Under the pieces are notes generated by a model. It was not told where the DNA came from and made no database searches. It saw only the letters and a program-made list of their open reading frames with translations. This document shows positions 7,927 to 16,938 of a stretch of DNA of 21,211 nt, piece by piece (the stretch's first letter is position 1; each line of letters starts with the position of its first letter). The stretch comes from Candidatus Aenigmatarchaeota archaeon (GTDB lineage Archaea > Aenigmatarchaeota > Aenigmatarchaeia > GW2011-AR5). Made by a program: the position numbers and the translations under genes. Location of the stretch: contig JAZDNV010000021.1 in the NCBI GenBank assembly GCA_043799385.1, positions 1 through 21,211 of the forward strand, read 5' to 3'.

Positions 7927-8148
7927 ATGGCAAAGAAAACCAAGTCTAAGAGGTCACGATTAACAGCAGAAGAGATTCACCTTGACAAGCATGACGAGGA
8001 GAAGGTGCTGTTATTCACTGCCGGAATCCTGTTTGGCATCGGTTCTGCTGTAACTGTTCTGAAAAACCCGTTCTGGTACACCGGCATGGTCGCAGTGGTT
8101 ATCGCAGCGATACTGATTTTCGTTGAAAAAAGACAGGAATTCAGATAG
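7927..8148 (+). CDS. Small two-TM membrane protein of unknown function
   Basis: 73 aa with a basic N-terminus and two hydrophobic helices. It has its own TATA box and fills the gap between aspS and rnz. Confidence 0.75.
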   Translation: MAKKTKSKRSRLTAEEIHLDKHDEEKVLLFTAGILFGIGSAVTVLKNPFWYTGMVAVVIAAILIFVEKRQEFR

Positions 8149-8178
8149 TTCAGAACGCGCAGCGGTTAACGTGATTAA

Positions 8179-8186
8179 TTTTTAAA
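8179..8186 (+). promoter_or_regulatory. Probable TATA box for the rnz-trpS operon
   Basis: TTTTTAAA ending 22 nt before ATG 8209. Confidence 0.5.
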
Positions 8187-8208
8187 TCATTCTACCCAAT
8201 TATGATTC

Positions 8209-9117
8209 ATGACCTCAATTGAGATAACCTTTCTCGGCACGACCGCTGGCGTTCCGACGAAAAACAGGAACCATTCGTCCATTTATTTGAAATACAAGAG
8301 CGAAAACGAGTTCTGCTTTCTCTTCGATTGCGGTGAAGGTACTCAAAAGCAGATATTCTCTTCTGACCTTAACTTCATGCGCCTCAACGAGATATTCATA
8401 ACGCACTGGCACGCTGACCATTTCGCTGGTTTGTTAGGCCTCATCGAGACGATGAGCCTGGAAAATCGGAATAAGCCGCTGTACATATTCGCGCCCGAGG
8501 CAGAAAAATTTGTTCCAATGCTATTGAATCTTGGTTATTCAACTAAGAAGTTCCACATAGTCCCGAAAAATGTCTGGTTCGAAGGCACCCACGTACAAAA
8601 AATATATGACAACGACGAGTTCTCTATCGCCTCGATACCTGTGAAGCACGGAATACCCGCTGTCGCGTACGCTTTTGTCGAAAAGGACAGGATAAAGATA
8701 GACAAGGAAAAGGCAAAAGATTTCGGTTTGCCATCGCAAGGTCAGATATACAAGAAGATAAAGGATGACGGCAAAGCGGTTTTCAAGGGAAAAGAGATAC
8801 GGTTAGAGGATATATCCCTTGTGGAGAAAGGCAAGAAAGTAGTATATTCAGGTGATACACTGCCTTGCAAGAATATAGTTACGATTGCAAAAGATGCTGA
8901 CCTGCTCATACACGATTCAACGTATTTCTCCGAGGAGCAGGAGAGCAGGCACGCGAGTTTCGAAGAAGTCGTCAAGATATCAAAAGAGGCGGACGTAAAA
9001 GAAGTGGTGCTGACCCATATATCAAGAAGGTATCAGGATTACGACGACCTGATGGAAAAAATAAAGAAGCATCAGAACTTCAGGATTGCAAAAGACTTTA
9101 TGACGGTTGTTGTGTGA
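8209..9117 (+). CDS. rnz: Ribonuclease Z (tRNA 3' endonuclease)
   Basis: FLGTTAGVPTKNRN, LFDCGEGTQ, THWHADH, flexible arm, YSGDT, LIHDST, RHAS, LTHISRRY. Confidence 0.97.
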   Translation: MTSIEITFLGTTAGVPTKNRNHSSIYLKYKSENEFCFLFDCGEGTQKQIFSSDLNFMRLNEIFITHWHADHFAGLLGLIETMSLENRNKPLYIFAPEAEKFVPMLLNLGYSTKKFHIVPKNVWFEGTHVQKIYDNDEFSIASIPVKHGIPAVAYAFVEKDRIKIDKEKAKDFGLPSQGQIYKKIKDDGKAVFKGKEIRLEDISLVEKGKKVVYSGDTLPCKNIVTIAKDADLLIHDSTYFSEEQESRHASFEEVVKISKEADVKEVVLTHISRRYQDYDDLMEKIKKHQNFRIAKDFMTVVV

Positions 9118-9124
9118 TTTTCTC

Positions 9125-11713
9125 ATGGAATGGCATAAGTCAGAGATAAAAGACGTATTTGAGTCATTGCATACAGGCGAGAACGGCTTAACGTCGGATG
9201 AAGCCAAGCAGCGGCTGCAAAAATACGGTCTGAACCAGATAGAAGAAAAAAAGAAGACGTCCGACATTGTCCTTTTTCTCAACCAGTTCAGGAGCGTGCT
9301 CATATCAATACTTATAGTTGCAACGGCAATCTCTGCGTTCCTTGGAGAGATTCTTGATGCAGCTGTTATTTTTATCATAGTGGTTATGAACGCCTTTCTC
9401 GGATTCTTCCAGGAGAAAAAAGCGGAAAAAGCACTGGAGGCGTTAAAGAAACTGGCTGCACCCAACGCCGAAGTTATGAGAGGAGGCATGAAAAAAATCC
9501 CAGCAAGCGAGATTGTACCAGGAGACATAATTATATTGAACGTCGGCGACCGCGTGCCTGCTGACTGCAGGATAATCGATAGCGTGAATTTGAAAGCCAA
9601 CGAATCAATACTCACAGGAGAATCATTGCCTGTAGAAAAATCGACGACAACAATAGGCAGAGACGTTCCTGTTGCCGAGAGGAGCAACATGATTTTCTCA
9701 GGAACATGCATCGTTTACGGCCGCTGCAGGGCAGTCGTTGTCGAAACAGCAATGCAAACGGAGTTCGGCAAGATTGCAAAGATGCTTCAAGTAGCGGAAG
9801 AGAAAACGCCGCTGCAGGAAAAATTGGCAATTCTTGGAAAGCAGATAGGATTGATAATAGTTGCGATATGCGTTATTGTGTTTGTTTCCGGCTTCGCGTT
9901 GGGCGGAGAGATAACAGAGATGTTCCTAACTGCTGTAACGCTTGCGGTCGCGGCTATTCCTGAAGGATTGCCAGCAATCGTCACAATAACTCTGGCGATT
10001 GGCTTGCAGAAGATGGCAGGCAGGAACGCAATAATAAGGCGTCTTCCTGCAGTAGAGACGTTAGGCTGCGCGACCGTGATATGCACAGACAAAACGGGCA
10101 CATTAACAATGAACGAGATGACTGTCAAAAAAATCTACGTCAATGAAAAAGTGTTTGATGTAACAGGCGAGGGCTACGGCATTAATGGCAAGATATTGTT
10201 TGCCGGCAAGGAGATAAGGTCAGACAGCATTGAGCTGCTGCTTAAGACAGGGTTGCTATGCAATGATTCAGAACTTGAGAATAAGATTGGAGACCCCACA
10301 GAACTGGCGCTGCTCGTTTCTGCAAGAAAATACGGCCTTGAAAACACGCAGGCAAAGAGGACGAACGAAATACAATTCGATTCTGAAAGGAAGATGATGT
10401 CAGTTTTAGTTGATGGAGCAATTTATGCAAAAGGCGCGGTCGAAGAAGTACTGAAGAGATGCTCGCACTTCTACAAGGACGGAAAAACATTGCCGTTGAT
10501 GGAGAGCGACAGGAGGAAAATAATGGAGACGAACCATTCTTTCGCATCGACTGCGTTGCGCGTTCTTGCATTTGCATTCAGAGAATCAGATGAATTGAAA
10601 GAAGAGCGGTTGATATTCATTGGTCTGCAGGGAATGATAGATCCGCCCAGGGCAGAAGCAAAGGATGCGATAGAGAGATGCAAACTTGCAGGTATAAAGG
10701 TAGTGATGATAACCGGAGACCACAAAGACACTGCTACTGCGATTGCCAAGGAGCTGAACCTGCTCGATGGAAAGGTTTTGACAGGCGAAGAGCTTAATGC
10801 GATGAGCGATGAAAAATTCTATTCTATCGTCGATGACATTTCTGTTTATGCGCGCGTTTCGCCTGAGCATAAGGTCAGGATCACTGAAACGTTGAGGAAA
10901 AAAGGAGAGGTAGTTGCGATGACAGGCGACGGCATAAACGATGCCCCAGCGCTGAAGAAATCAGACATAGGCATAGCAATGGGCATCACAGGAACAGACG
11001 TCTCGAAGGAAGCGAGCGACATGGTGCTTGCTGACGATAATTTCTCGTCTATAGTTAATGCAGTCGAGGAAGGCCGCGGCATCTATGACAACATAAAGAA
11101 ATTCGTCTACTATCTTCTCGCATGCAATTTCGGCGAGGTCCTCGTGATATTCGTGGCAATAATTTTATCCATTGTGACAGGCTCAGCGATACTTCTTCCA
11201 TTATTGCCATTACAGATACTCTGGATGAACCTCCTCACTGATGGATTGCCAGCACTGGCGTTGGGCGTAGAGCAAAAAGAGCCTGACATAATGAAAAGAA
11301 AACCAAGGGACCAGAAAGAGAAGATACTGAACAAAAACTCTTTAGCTTTCATCATATTTGTAGGAGCAATTATGTGCGCAGGAACGCTGTTTTCATTCTA
11401 CACAGAACCGAATATCGATAAGGCAAGGACACTTGCCTTCACGACATTGGTCATGTTCCAGCTGTTCTTTGTTCTCAGCATGAGGTCAAGCGCTCCTTTA
11501 ATAAAGGTCGGAATACTATCGAACAAGAAGCTGCTCCTGGCAATAGCAGTATCAGTCGCTTTGCAGGCGGCAATAATATATATGCCGTTTCTGTCAGCCG
11601 CGTTCAAGACAGTGCCGCTCAGCTTTATCGACTGGCTAGAGATAATCGCAATATCCGCATCTATTTTTGTAGTACTTGAAATTAAGAAATTTATATCTGG
11701 CAAAAACAAATAG
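9125..11713 (+). CDS. P2A-type cation (Ca2+-like) transporting P-type ATPase
   Basis: LTGES, AIPEGLP, phosphorylation site DKTGT, KGAVE, MITGDH, MTGDGINDAPALK, TM5 CNFGE, TM6 WMNLLTDGLP. ATG 9125 is preferred as the start. Confidence 0.96.
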   Translation: MEWHKSEIKDVFESLHTGENGLTSDEAKQRLQKYGLNQIEEKKKTSDIVLFLNQFRSVLISILIVATAISAFLGEILDAAVIFIIVVMNAFLGFFQEKKAEKALEALKKLAAPNAEVMRGGMKKIPASEIVPGDIIILNVGDRVPADCRIIDSVNLKANESILTGESLPVEKSTTTIGRDVPVAERSNMIFSGTCIVYGRCRAVVVETAMQTEFGKIAKMLQVAEEKTPLQEKLAILGKQIGLIIVAICVIVFVSGFALGGEITEMFLTAVTLAVAAIPEGLPAIVTITLAIGLQKMAGRNAIIRRLPAVETLGCATVICTDKTGTLTMNEMTVKKIYVNEKVFDVTGEGYGINGKILFAGKEIRSDSIELLLKTGLLCNDSELENKIGDPTELALLVSARKYGLENTQAKRTNEIQFDSERKMMSVLVDGAIYAKGAVEEVLKRCSHFYKDGKTLPLMESDRRKIMETNHSFASTALRVLAFAFRESDELKEERLIFIGLQGMIDPPRAEAKDAIERCKLAGIKVVMITGDHKDTATAIAKELNLLDGKVLTGEELNAMSDEKFYSIVDDISVYARVSPEHKVRITETLRKKGEVVAMTGDGINDAPALKKSDIGIAMGITGTDVSKEASDMVLADDNFSSIVNAVEEGRGIYDNIKKFVYYLLACNFGEVLVIFVAIILSIVTGSAILLPLLPLQILWMNLLTDGLPALALGVEQKEPDIMKRKPRDQKEKILNKNSLAFIIFVGAIMCAGTLFSFYTEPNIDKARTLAFTTLVMFQLFFVLSMRSSAPLIKVGILSNKKLLLAIAVSVALQAAIIYMPFLSAAFKTVPLSFIDWLEIIAISASIFVVLEIKKFISGKNK

Positions 11714-11717
11714 AATC

Positions 11718-13574
11718 ATGGAACTGAAGAGAACGATTGATCGCAAGACATTGCTTTTTTTAAGCCTTAATGCGATGATAGGCACCGAGATATACTTCCT
11801 GCCTGCGATGGTTGCTGCGATGGCAGGACCTGCTTCTATATTGTCATGGATCGGTTTTGCAGTCGTAGCTGTTTTAATCTCATGCTATTTCGCCGAGCTT
11901 GTTTCCATGTACCCGAAGGCCGGCGGCGTCTACGAGTACACGAAACGCGCGTTTGGCGAATTTCCGTCTTTTATGATTGGCTGGTCGGCATGGATTGTCG
12001 CGAGCATAAGCATCTCCATGTTCATAGTCGGTTCGTTGCGCTATCTCTTTCCGGATTTTCCGATGATTTTTTACATAGCGTTGTCAACGTTTTTCATAAT
12101 AATATTCAACTACGTGAATTATCGTGGAATCGACGTAAGCTCAAAACTGCTCCTTTTCTTCGGCACCATGACGGTATTCACATTGGCTATTATAATAGTT
12201 CCAGGCATACCGTCCATAAATATAAGCATTACTTCCTTTTCGTCGCTGCCGATGATATTCCTGGCAATGTTCTTCATCTCCGAAACATTTTTCGGCTGGG
12301 ATGGCGTAACGTATCTGGCAGAAGAGGTCAAAGACGCTAGAAAAGTCATCCCGAAGTTCCTTGTACTGACGACGGTCATATCCGCCATCCTGGTCATAGC
12401 AACAGTTCTAGTATGTTTGAGCCTTTCTGACTGGAAAACGTTTTCAAGCGAAAAGGCGCCGCTGACATTCATAGCAACAAGAATATTCGGCGATGGTTTT
12501 GCAAAGATTTTTTCAATTCTTGTATTCATACCGATGATGGGCACTGCTGTCGCGTGGATAATATCGTCACCGCGGCTTCTGTTCGCAATGTCGCGCGACA
12601 AGATACTGGTGCCACGCTTTCAGAAAATCCATAAGAAGTATAAAACGCCGCACCAAGCCATACTGTTCCAGGCAATAGCAACAATAGTGATAACCATAAT
12701 AGCCCTTGGAAATTATGAAATGCTCCTGTCCATGTCAATACCTCTGTGCATAATAGTATACACGCCCGTACTTCTAGCCGTGACGAAATTGCGGATAACC
12801 GAGCCAAAGCTTAAAAGGTTCAGGGCTCCGTTCGGAAAAATCGGGCCGATATTGGTTATTATTTTATTGTTTGCCTTGCTCGTGTCATGGCTTCTGCAGG
12901 TAAACGAGGCAGTGTCGATATTCGCCCTGGTTCTGATGCTCGTCTTTTTCGGCATACCATTCTACATACTGATAAAGCTTCAGACAGACAGCAGGTTCAT
13001 AGAAAAATTCTTTGACAAGATTTCATGGCTTCACAACCTGGCGTTTCCTGTATGGTACGGAAAGAAGGAGATAAGGAGCGTATTGAGCAAAATAAAAATC
13101 AAGAAGGGCGTCATACTGGATTTCGGTTGCGGATCTGGTTTCACGACACTCGAACTCGCAAAACGATACAGGGACAACGCAAGGATAGTTGCTTTAGATT
13201 TGAGCGAAGTCCAGCTCGAACGAGCAGCGAAAAAGATAGAAAGGGCGATGGAAATCTCGAATGTCATTTTCCTGAAGCATTCCAAAATGAAATTTGAATG
13301 CAAATGCTTTGACGCCGTTACTGCAGTGGGCGTTCTTGAGCACTTAGAGAAGCCGGAGAAGACTTTAGGCGACATATTCAGGTTCCTGAAGCCTGGCGGT
13401 TATTTCTCTTTCCTTTCCTTTGGCAAGAGCTTTGGCATACCTGCGCCTGAGTTTTTGAGAAGTGAAGAAGAGATAAGAAATCTGTTTAAAAAAATCAGAG
13501 TTGAAGTGAATATTCGCAGAGAAAAAAAGCGTTTCGCGGAGTACTGGTACATATGGGGAAGAAAACCGAGATAA
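11718..13574 (+). CDS. APC-family amino acid/amine permease fused to a C-terminal class I SAM-dependent methyltransferase
   Basis: About 12 TM segments with APC signatures (AELVSMYPKAGGVYEY, FFGWDGVTYLAEEVKD, SPRLLFAMSRD, HKKYKTP), continuing in frame into ILDFGCGSG, VALDLS, FDAVTAVGVLEHL, FLKPGG. ATG 11718 lies just after the ATPase stop. Confidence 0.93.
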   Translation: MELKRTIDRKTLLFLSLNAMIGTEIYFLPAMVAAMAGPASILSWIGFAVVAVLISCYFAELVSMYPKAGGVYEYTKRAFGEFPSFMIGWSAWIVASISISMFIVGSLRYLFPDFPMIFYIALSTFFIIIFNYVNYRGIDVSSKLLLFFGTMTVFTLAIIIVPGIPSINISITSFSSLPMIFLAMFFISETFFGWDGVTYLAEEVKDARKVIPKFLVLTTVISAILVIATVLVCLSLSDWKTFSSEKAPLTFIATRIFGDGFAKIFSILVFIPMMGTAVAWIISSPRLLFAMSRDKILVPRFQKIHKKYKTPHQAILFQAIATIVITIIALGNYEMLLSMSIPLCIIVYTPVLLAVTKLRITEPKLKRFRAPFGKIGPILVIILLFALLVSWLLQVNEAVSIFALVLMLVFFGIPFYILIKLQTDSRFIEKFFDKISWLHNLAFPVWYGKKEIRSVLSKIKIKKGVILDFGCGSGFTTLELAKRYRDNARIVALDLSEVQLERAAKKIERAMEISNVIFLKHSKMKFECKCFDAVTAVGVLEHLEKPEKTLGDIFRFLKPGGYFSFLSFGKSFGIPAPEFLRSEEEIRNLFKKIRVEVNIRREKKRFAEYWYIWGRKPR

Positions 13575-14002
13575 CAAGGCATTTTGTCGCTACAGTTTAT
13601 GTAATCCACGACAACAAGGTTCTGCTGACTTTTCATAAGAAAATAAAGAAATGGCTTCCGCCAGGCGGACACATAGACGAAAATGAATTACCGGACGAAG
13701 CGGCATTGCGTGAGGTGAAGGAAGAGACAGGTCTTGATGTGGAAATAATATCAGACAAGGAGCCGAGGCTGTCAAATATCGCAACTCCATTACATCGCCC
13801 TGAATTCGTGCAAATGGAAGATGTGGATGGCCATCAGCATATTGACTTGCTCTATCTGGCTGTGCCGAAAACGCATGATCTGAAAATAAGCAGCGAGTCC
13901 GAAGATGTGAGATGGTTTTCTCTTCACGAGATGAAGGAAAACGTTCCATCAGAAATCCGCCACCATGCAAATAAAATGATTAAAAAGCTAGCAAAGGAAT
14001 AA
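13553..14002 (+). CDS. Nudix hydrolase
   Basis: Canonical Nudix box GGHIDENELPDEAALREVKEETGL; H.HIDL.Y downstream. Confidence 0.95.
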   Translation: MGKKTEITRHFVATVYVIHDNKVLLTFHKKIKKWLPPGGHIDENELPDEAALREVKEETGLDVEIISDKEPRLSNIATPLHRPEFVQMEDVDGHQHIDLLYLAVPKTHDLKISSESEDVRWFSLHEMKENVPSEIRHHANKMIKKLAKE

Positions 14003-14017
14003 TAATAAAGTGATTTC

Positions 14018-15133
14018 ATGGAGATGAAGGTAACGCCCTGGGAAGTGTCAGGAAATATAGATTACGACAAGCTGATAAAGGAGTTCGGCATCCATCCGTT
14101 GCGGGAATTGCCTGACATCTTTAACAAGAACGTGCTTTTCAGGAGAAAGATAATATTTGCGCACAGGGACATACAGAGAGTCCTGGAAGCGATAAAAAAC
14201 AAGAAAAAATTCATCGTTATGACCGGACTAATGCCTTCTGGAAAATTTCATCTTGGTCACATGCTTCTCGTTCAGGAACTGCTCTTCTTCCAGAAACTAG
14301 GCGCAAAGCTGTACATAGCTGTCGCTGACCTGGAGGCGTACAATGCAAGACAGAAGAACCTGGAAGAGCTAAGGGATGTGGCGATAGAGCAATATCTTCT
14401 AAATTATATCGCGCTAGGGCTCAAGCCTGAGAACTGCGATTTCTATTTCCAGAGCGAGCGTTCCACGAATGCGAGAAAGTCGAACGCATACTATCGGTTG
14501 GCTTCGAATTTCTCGCGCTATGCAACATTCAACGAGTTCAAGGCAATATACGGCGAGATAACGCCTGGTAAGATGAACGCATCCATGCTCCAGGCGTCTG
14601 ACATGTTCCACGCGCAGCTGCCTGAATTTGAAAGCGTGGCACCAGTTCTCGTGCCAGTTGGCATTGACCAGGACCCGCATCTCAGGATAGCAAGGGATAT
14701 CGGCTCAAGATTCAAGGACCATAGGTTCGAGCAGATAAGTTCGACCTATCATGTGTTTCTGCCGTCGCTAAGCGGAAGTGGCAAGATGTCGAGCAGCGAC
14801 GAGACGTCGTTTATTGCAATGACAGACTCACCGAGCGAAGTAGAGCGGAAGATAAAGAAGTACGCGTTCAGCGGCGGTCAGGGAAACGTAGCCGATCATA
14901 GAAAAAAAGGCGGCAATCCAGACGTTGATGTCTCGTATCAATATCTCAAGGCGTTCTTCGAGCCGGACGACGATAAACTGAGAGAGATACATGACGAATA
15001 TAAGTCAGGCCGTATGCTTACAGGAGAACTTAAGCAGATACTGATAGACAAGATAAACAAGTTCCTTGAGGAGCATCAGAAAAAGCGCGAGCATGCTAAA
15101 AAGCACATACACAAGTTCATGGTCAGTGACTAA
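14018..15133 (+). CDS. trpS: Tryptophan--tRNA ligase, archaeal type
   Basis: VTPWEV...IDYDKLIKEFG, HLGH, VPVGIDQDPH, KMSSS, KYAFSGGQ, GGNPDVD. GTGAT SD-like motif upstream. Confidence 0.98.
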   Translation: MEMKVTPWEVSGNIDYDKLIKEFGIHPLRELPDIFNKNVLFRRKIIFAHRDIQRVLEAIKNKKKFIVMTGLMPSGKFHLGHMLLVQELLFFQKLGAKLYIAVADLEAYNARQKNLEELRDVAIEQYLLNYIALGLKPENCDFYFQSERSTNARKSNAYYRLASNFSRYATFNEFKAIYGEITPGKMNASMLQASDMFHAQLPEFESVAPVLVPVGIDQDPHLRIARDIGSRFKDHRFEQISSTYHVFLPSLSGSGKMSSSDETSFIAMTDSPSEVERKIKKYAFSGGQGNVADHRKKGGNPDVDVSYQYLKAFFEPDDDKLREIHDEYKSGRMLTGELKQILIDKINKFLEEHQKKREHAKKHIHKFMVSD

Positions 15134-15560
15134 GCATTTTCAGCGCCTCCAGAGCCCTTTCCTGATTAGCGGTTTTTTCCAAATCAGTCATCAAGCTGTT
15201 CAGTAAGTCAGTGATTTCAGGACTTGTCTTCTTTGATATTCTTTTTTTGACTCCTGTCTTTGTTGGCCATATCCGCACCCTACCGATTTCATTCCCAAGG
15301 TTATCATTAACTCTTACCGCAAGCTCCGCAGAATACCTTCCGTTCTGCCATCTACGTGTCGTATAGCATTGTGGAATCATGTGGCTCCTATAGATGGCTG
15401 GAGCGGAATCAGACATGGCTTTTATCACGAGCGAGGCCATGCCTTCCACTGTTTCAGGGTCAATCCAGTACTTATTAAGTTCGTCAGGTTTCATTCCATG
15501 CGGCAGGAAGCCTTCAAGATAACTAAAATCATGGTCCTTTCTAAAATAAACCTTCGACAT
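15123..15560 (-). CDS. Hypothetical protein
   Basis: 145-aa ATG ORF filling the gap between trpS and the PAP2 gene, with an AT-rich upstream region. No recognisable motif. Confidence 0.7.
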   Translation of the reverse strand: MSKVYFRKDHDFSYLEGFLPHGMKPDELNKYWIDPETVEGMASLVIKAMSDSAPAIYRSHMIPQCYTTRRWQNGRYSAELAVRVNDNLGNEIGRVRIWPTKTGVKKRISKKTSPEITDLLNSLMTDLEKTANQERALEALKMLSH

Positions 15561-15590
15561 TAAATAACAAATGTGGAAAAAATTTAATAC

Positions 15591-16034
15591 TTATAGCAAA
15601 CCTACGAACCAGAATATGGCAGCACCGAGAATTATTCCGGCTGCAATGTCTCTCCAGTAGTGCTTCTTCAGGTAGATTCGAGAATAGCATACGAGAATTG
15701 CCAGTAAAATCGCAAGGGACGATAGAAATACGTTCTGGTATGCGTAAATGAATACTAGGGCAAGAAACGCTGCGCGTTCTGCATGAACGCTCGGAAAAGA
15801 CGATGCCTCGATTTTCTCCCAGAATTTCTTGTATTTCATCCTGTTGGGTCTGCTCTTGAAGAACACAAACTTCAGCGGTACATTTATGGCGTACATCACG
15901 ATAACCCCTGAAAGCAGTTTATAGAAAACAGGCGTTTGCGCGAAGGCGAGCATCAAAATGGCATAGAACACTATACTACCAAGAACGGTTATGTCGCGCA
16001 CGAACGCGTCAAAGAAGTATTTCACAAAGTTCAT
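15591..16034 (-). CDS. PAP2-family membrane phosphatase (lipid/polyprenyl pyrophosphate phosphatase-like)
   Basis: C1 K-x6-RP (KFVFFKSRP), C2 SFPSVH, C3 SRIYLKKHYWRD; several TM helices. Confidence 0.92.
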   Translation of the reverse strand: MNFVKYFFDAFVRDITVLGSIVFYAILMLAFAQTPVFYKLLSGVIVMYAINVPLKFVFFKSRPNRMKYKKFWEKIEASSFPSVHAERAAFLALVFIYAYQNVFLSSLAILLAILVCYSRIYLKKHYWRDIAAGIILGAAIFWFVGLL

Positions 16035-16058
16035 GAAGATAGTTGTACCACTGCTTTT

Positions 16059-16877
16059 TTATTTCTTTCTTATTTTTGCCACGAAGAATCCGCCAGTTCC
16101 GTTGTGTTCTGGGTATATTCGTATGCATTTCTCAACATCGCTATGAAATTCAACGTTGTTCCAGGACGTCAACCCGTTAGCATGGACGATATTTTTAACG
16201 TTCACATTTTCAATCTTTGCATTACTCCATCGCTCAAGAAGAAAATCAATTACAGCTTCGTTCTCTTCCGGAGCGAACGTGCATGTTGAATACACGAGAA
16301 TACCGCCTGATTCGAGTATCTCGAACGCATGGTTGATGAGCTTTTTCTGCTTCTTTGTCAGAAATTTTATTCTTTTCTCGCTCCAGTGGCGGAATACTTT
16401 CTCGCTCTTGTTTATCATTCCCTCGCCGCTGCACGGCGCATCCAGCAAAATCTTATTGAACGAACCTTCTATTTTTCTTCCAGAGAGATTTAGAATTTCG
16501 CAATTCATTTTGTACTTTTCTGCGTTTGCCGCTAGACGCCTTATGCGGTTTTTGTCTATATCGTTTGCAGTGATTTCTGCTTTATTGTCCGTCAGAAACG
16601 AAAGAATGAACGTCTTCGTTCCTGGCGCGGCGCACATGTCGAGTACGCGGTCGCTCTTTTTCGGCTCGAGCGCAATGCATGGAACGAGCGATACAGGATC
16701 GAATACAAGATAATCAGCATAGCCTTCGTTCACGAAGTAGGCGTTTTCACACCATGGAACGCTATCGAGATTTAGCCTTTCTCTTGACAGTAAGCACTTC
16801 TTCGCTCTGCGATTGTATATGCCCTCGCTAATGCCAAGGATTTTGAGCCTTTCTGACAATCTTCTAGGTATAATCAT
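16059..16877 (-). CDS. RsmB/NOP2/Trm4-family RNA (cytosine-C5) methyltransferase, compact form
   Basis: VLDMCAAPGTKT, ILLDAPCSGEG, VYSTCT..PEENE, RIYP...GGFFVAK. ATG 16877 is preferred because the upstream extension lies in the AT-rich divergent promoter. Confidence 0.94.
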   Translation of the reverse strand: MIIPRRLSERLKILGISEGIYNRRAKKCLLSRERLNLDSVPWCENAYFVNEGYADYLVFDPVSLVPCIALEPKKSDRVLDMCAAPGTKTFILSFLTDNKAEITANDIDKNRIRRLAANAEKYKMNCEILNLSGRKIEGSFNKILLDAPCSGEGMINKSEKVFRHWSEKRIKFLTKKQKKLINHAFEILESGGILVYSTCTFAPEENEAVIDFLLERWSNAKIENVNVKNIVHANGLTSWNNVEFHSDVEKCIRIYPEHNGTGGFFVAKIRKK

Positions 16878-16896
16878 GCAGATAGTTATCCACCTA

Positions 16897-16913
16897 TTTT
16901 TAAAAGTTATATA
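16897..16913. promoter_or_regulatory. Divergent TATA elements for the m5C methyltransferase (minus) and metG (plus)
   Basis: TTTTTAAAA followed by GTTATATA in the short AT-rich gap between head-to-head genes. Confidence 0.45.
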
Positions 16914-16938
16914 CAATAATTGTTATATCTAACCAGAG

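Noticed and set aside
6567..12601. Long alternative-frame ORFs (6567-7172, 9022-9711, 11846-12340, 12119-12601) and similar ones elsewhere such as 16156-16713
   Set aside because: They lie almost wholly within well-supported conserved genes and show no motifs; they are typical shadow ORFs.
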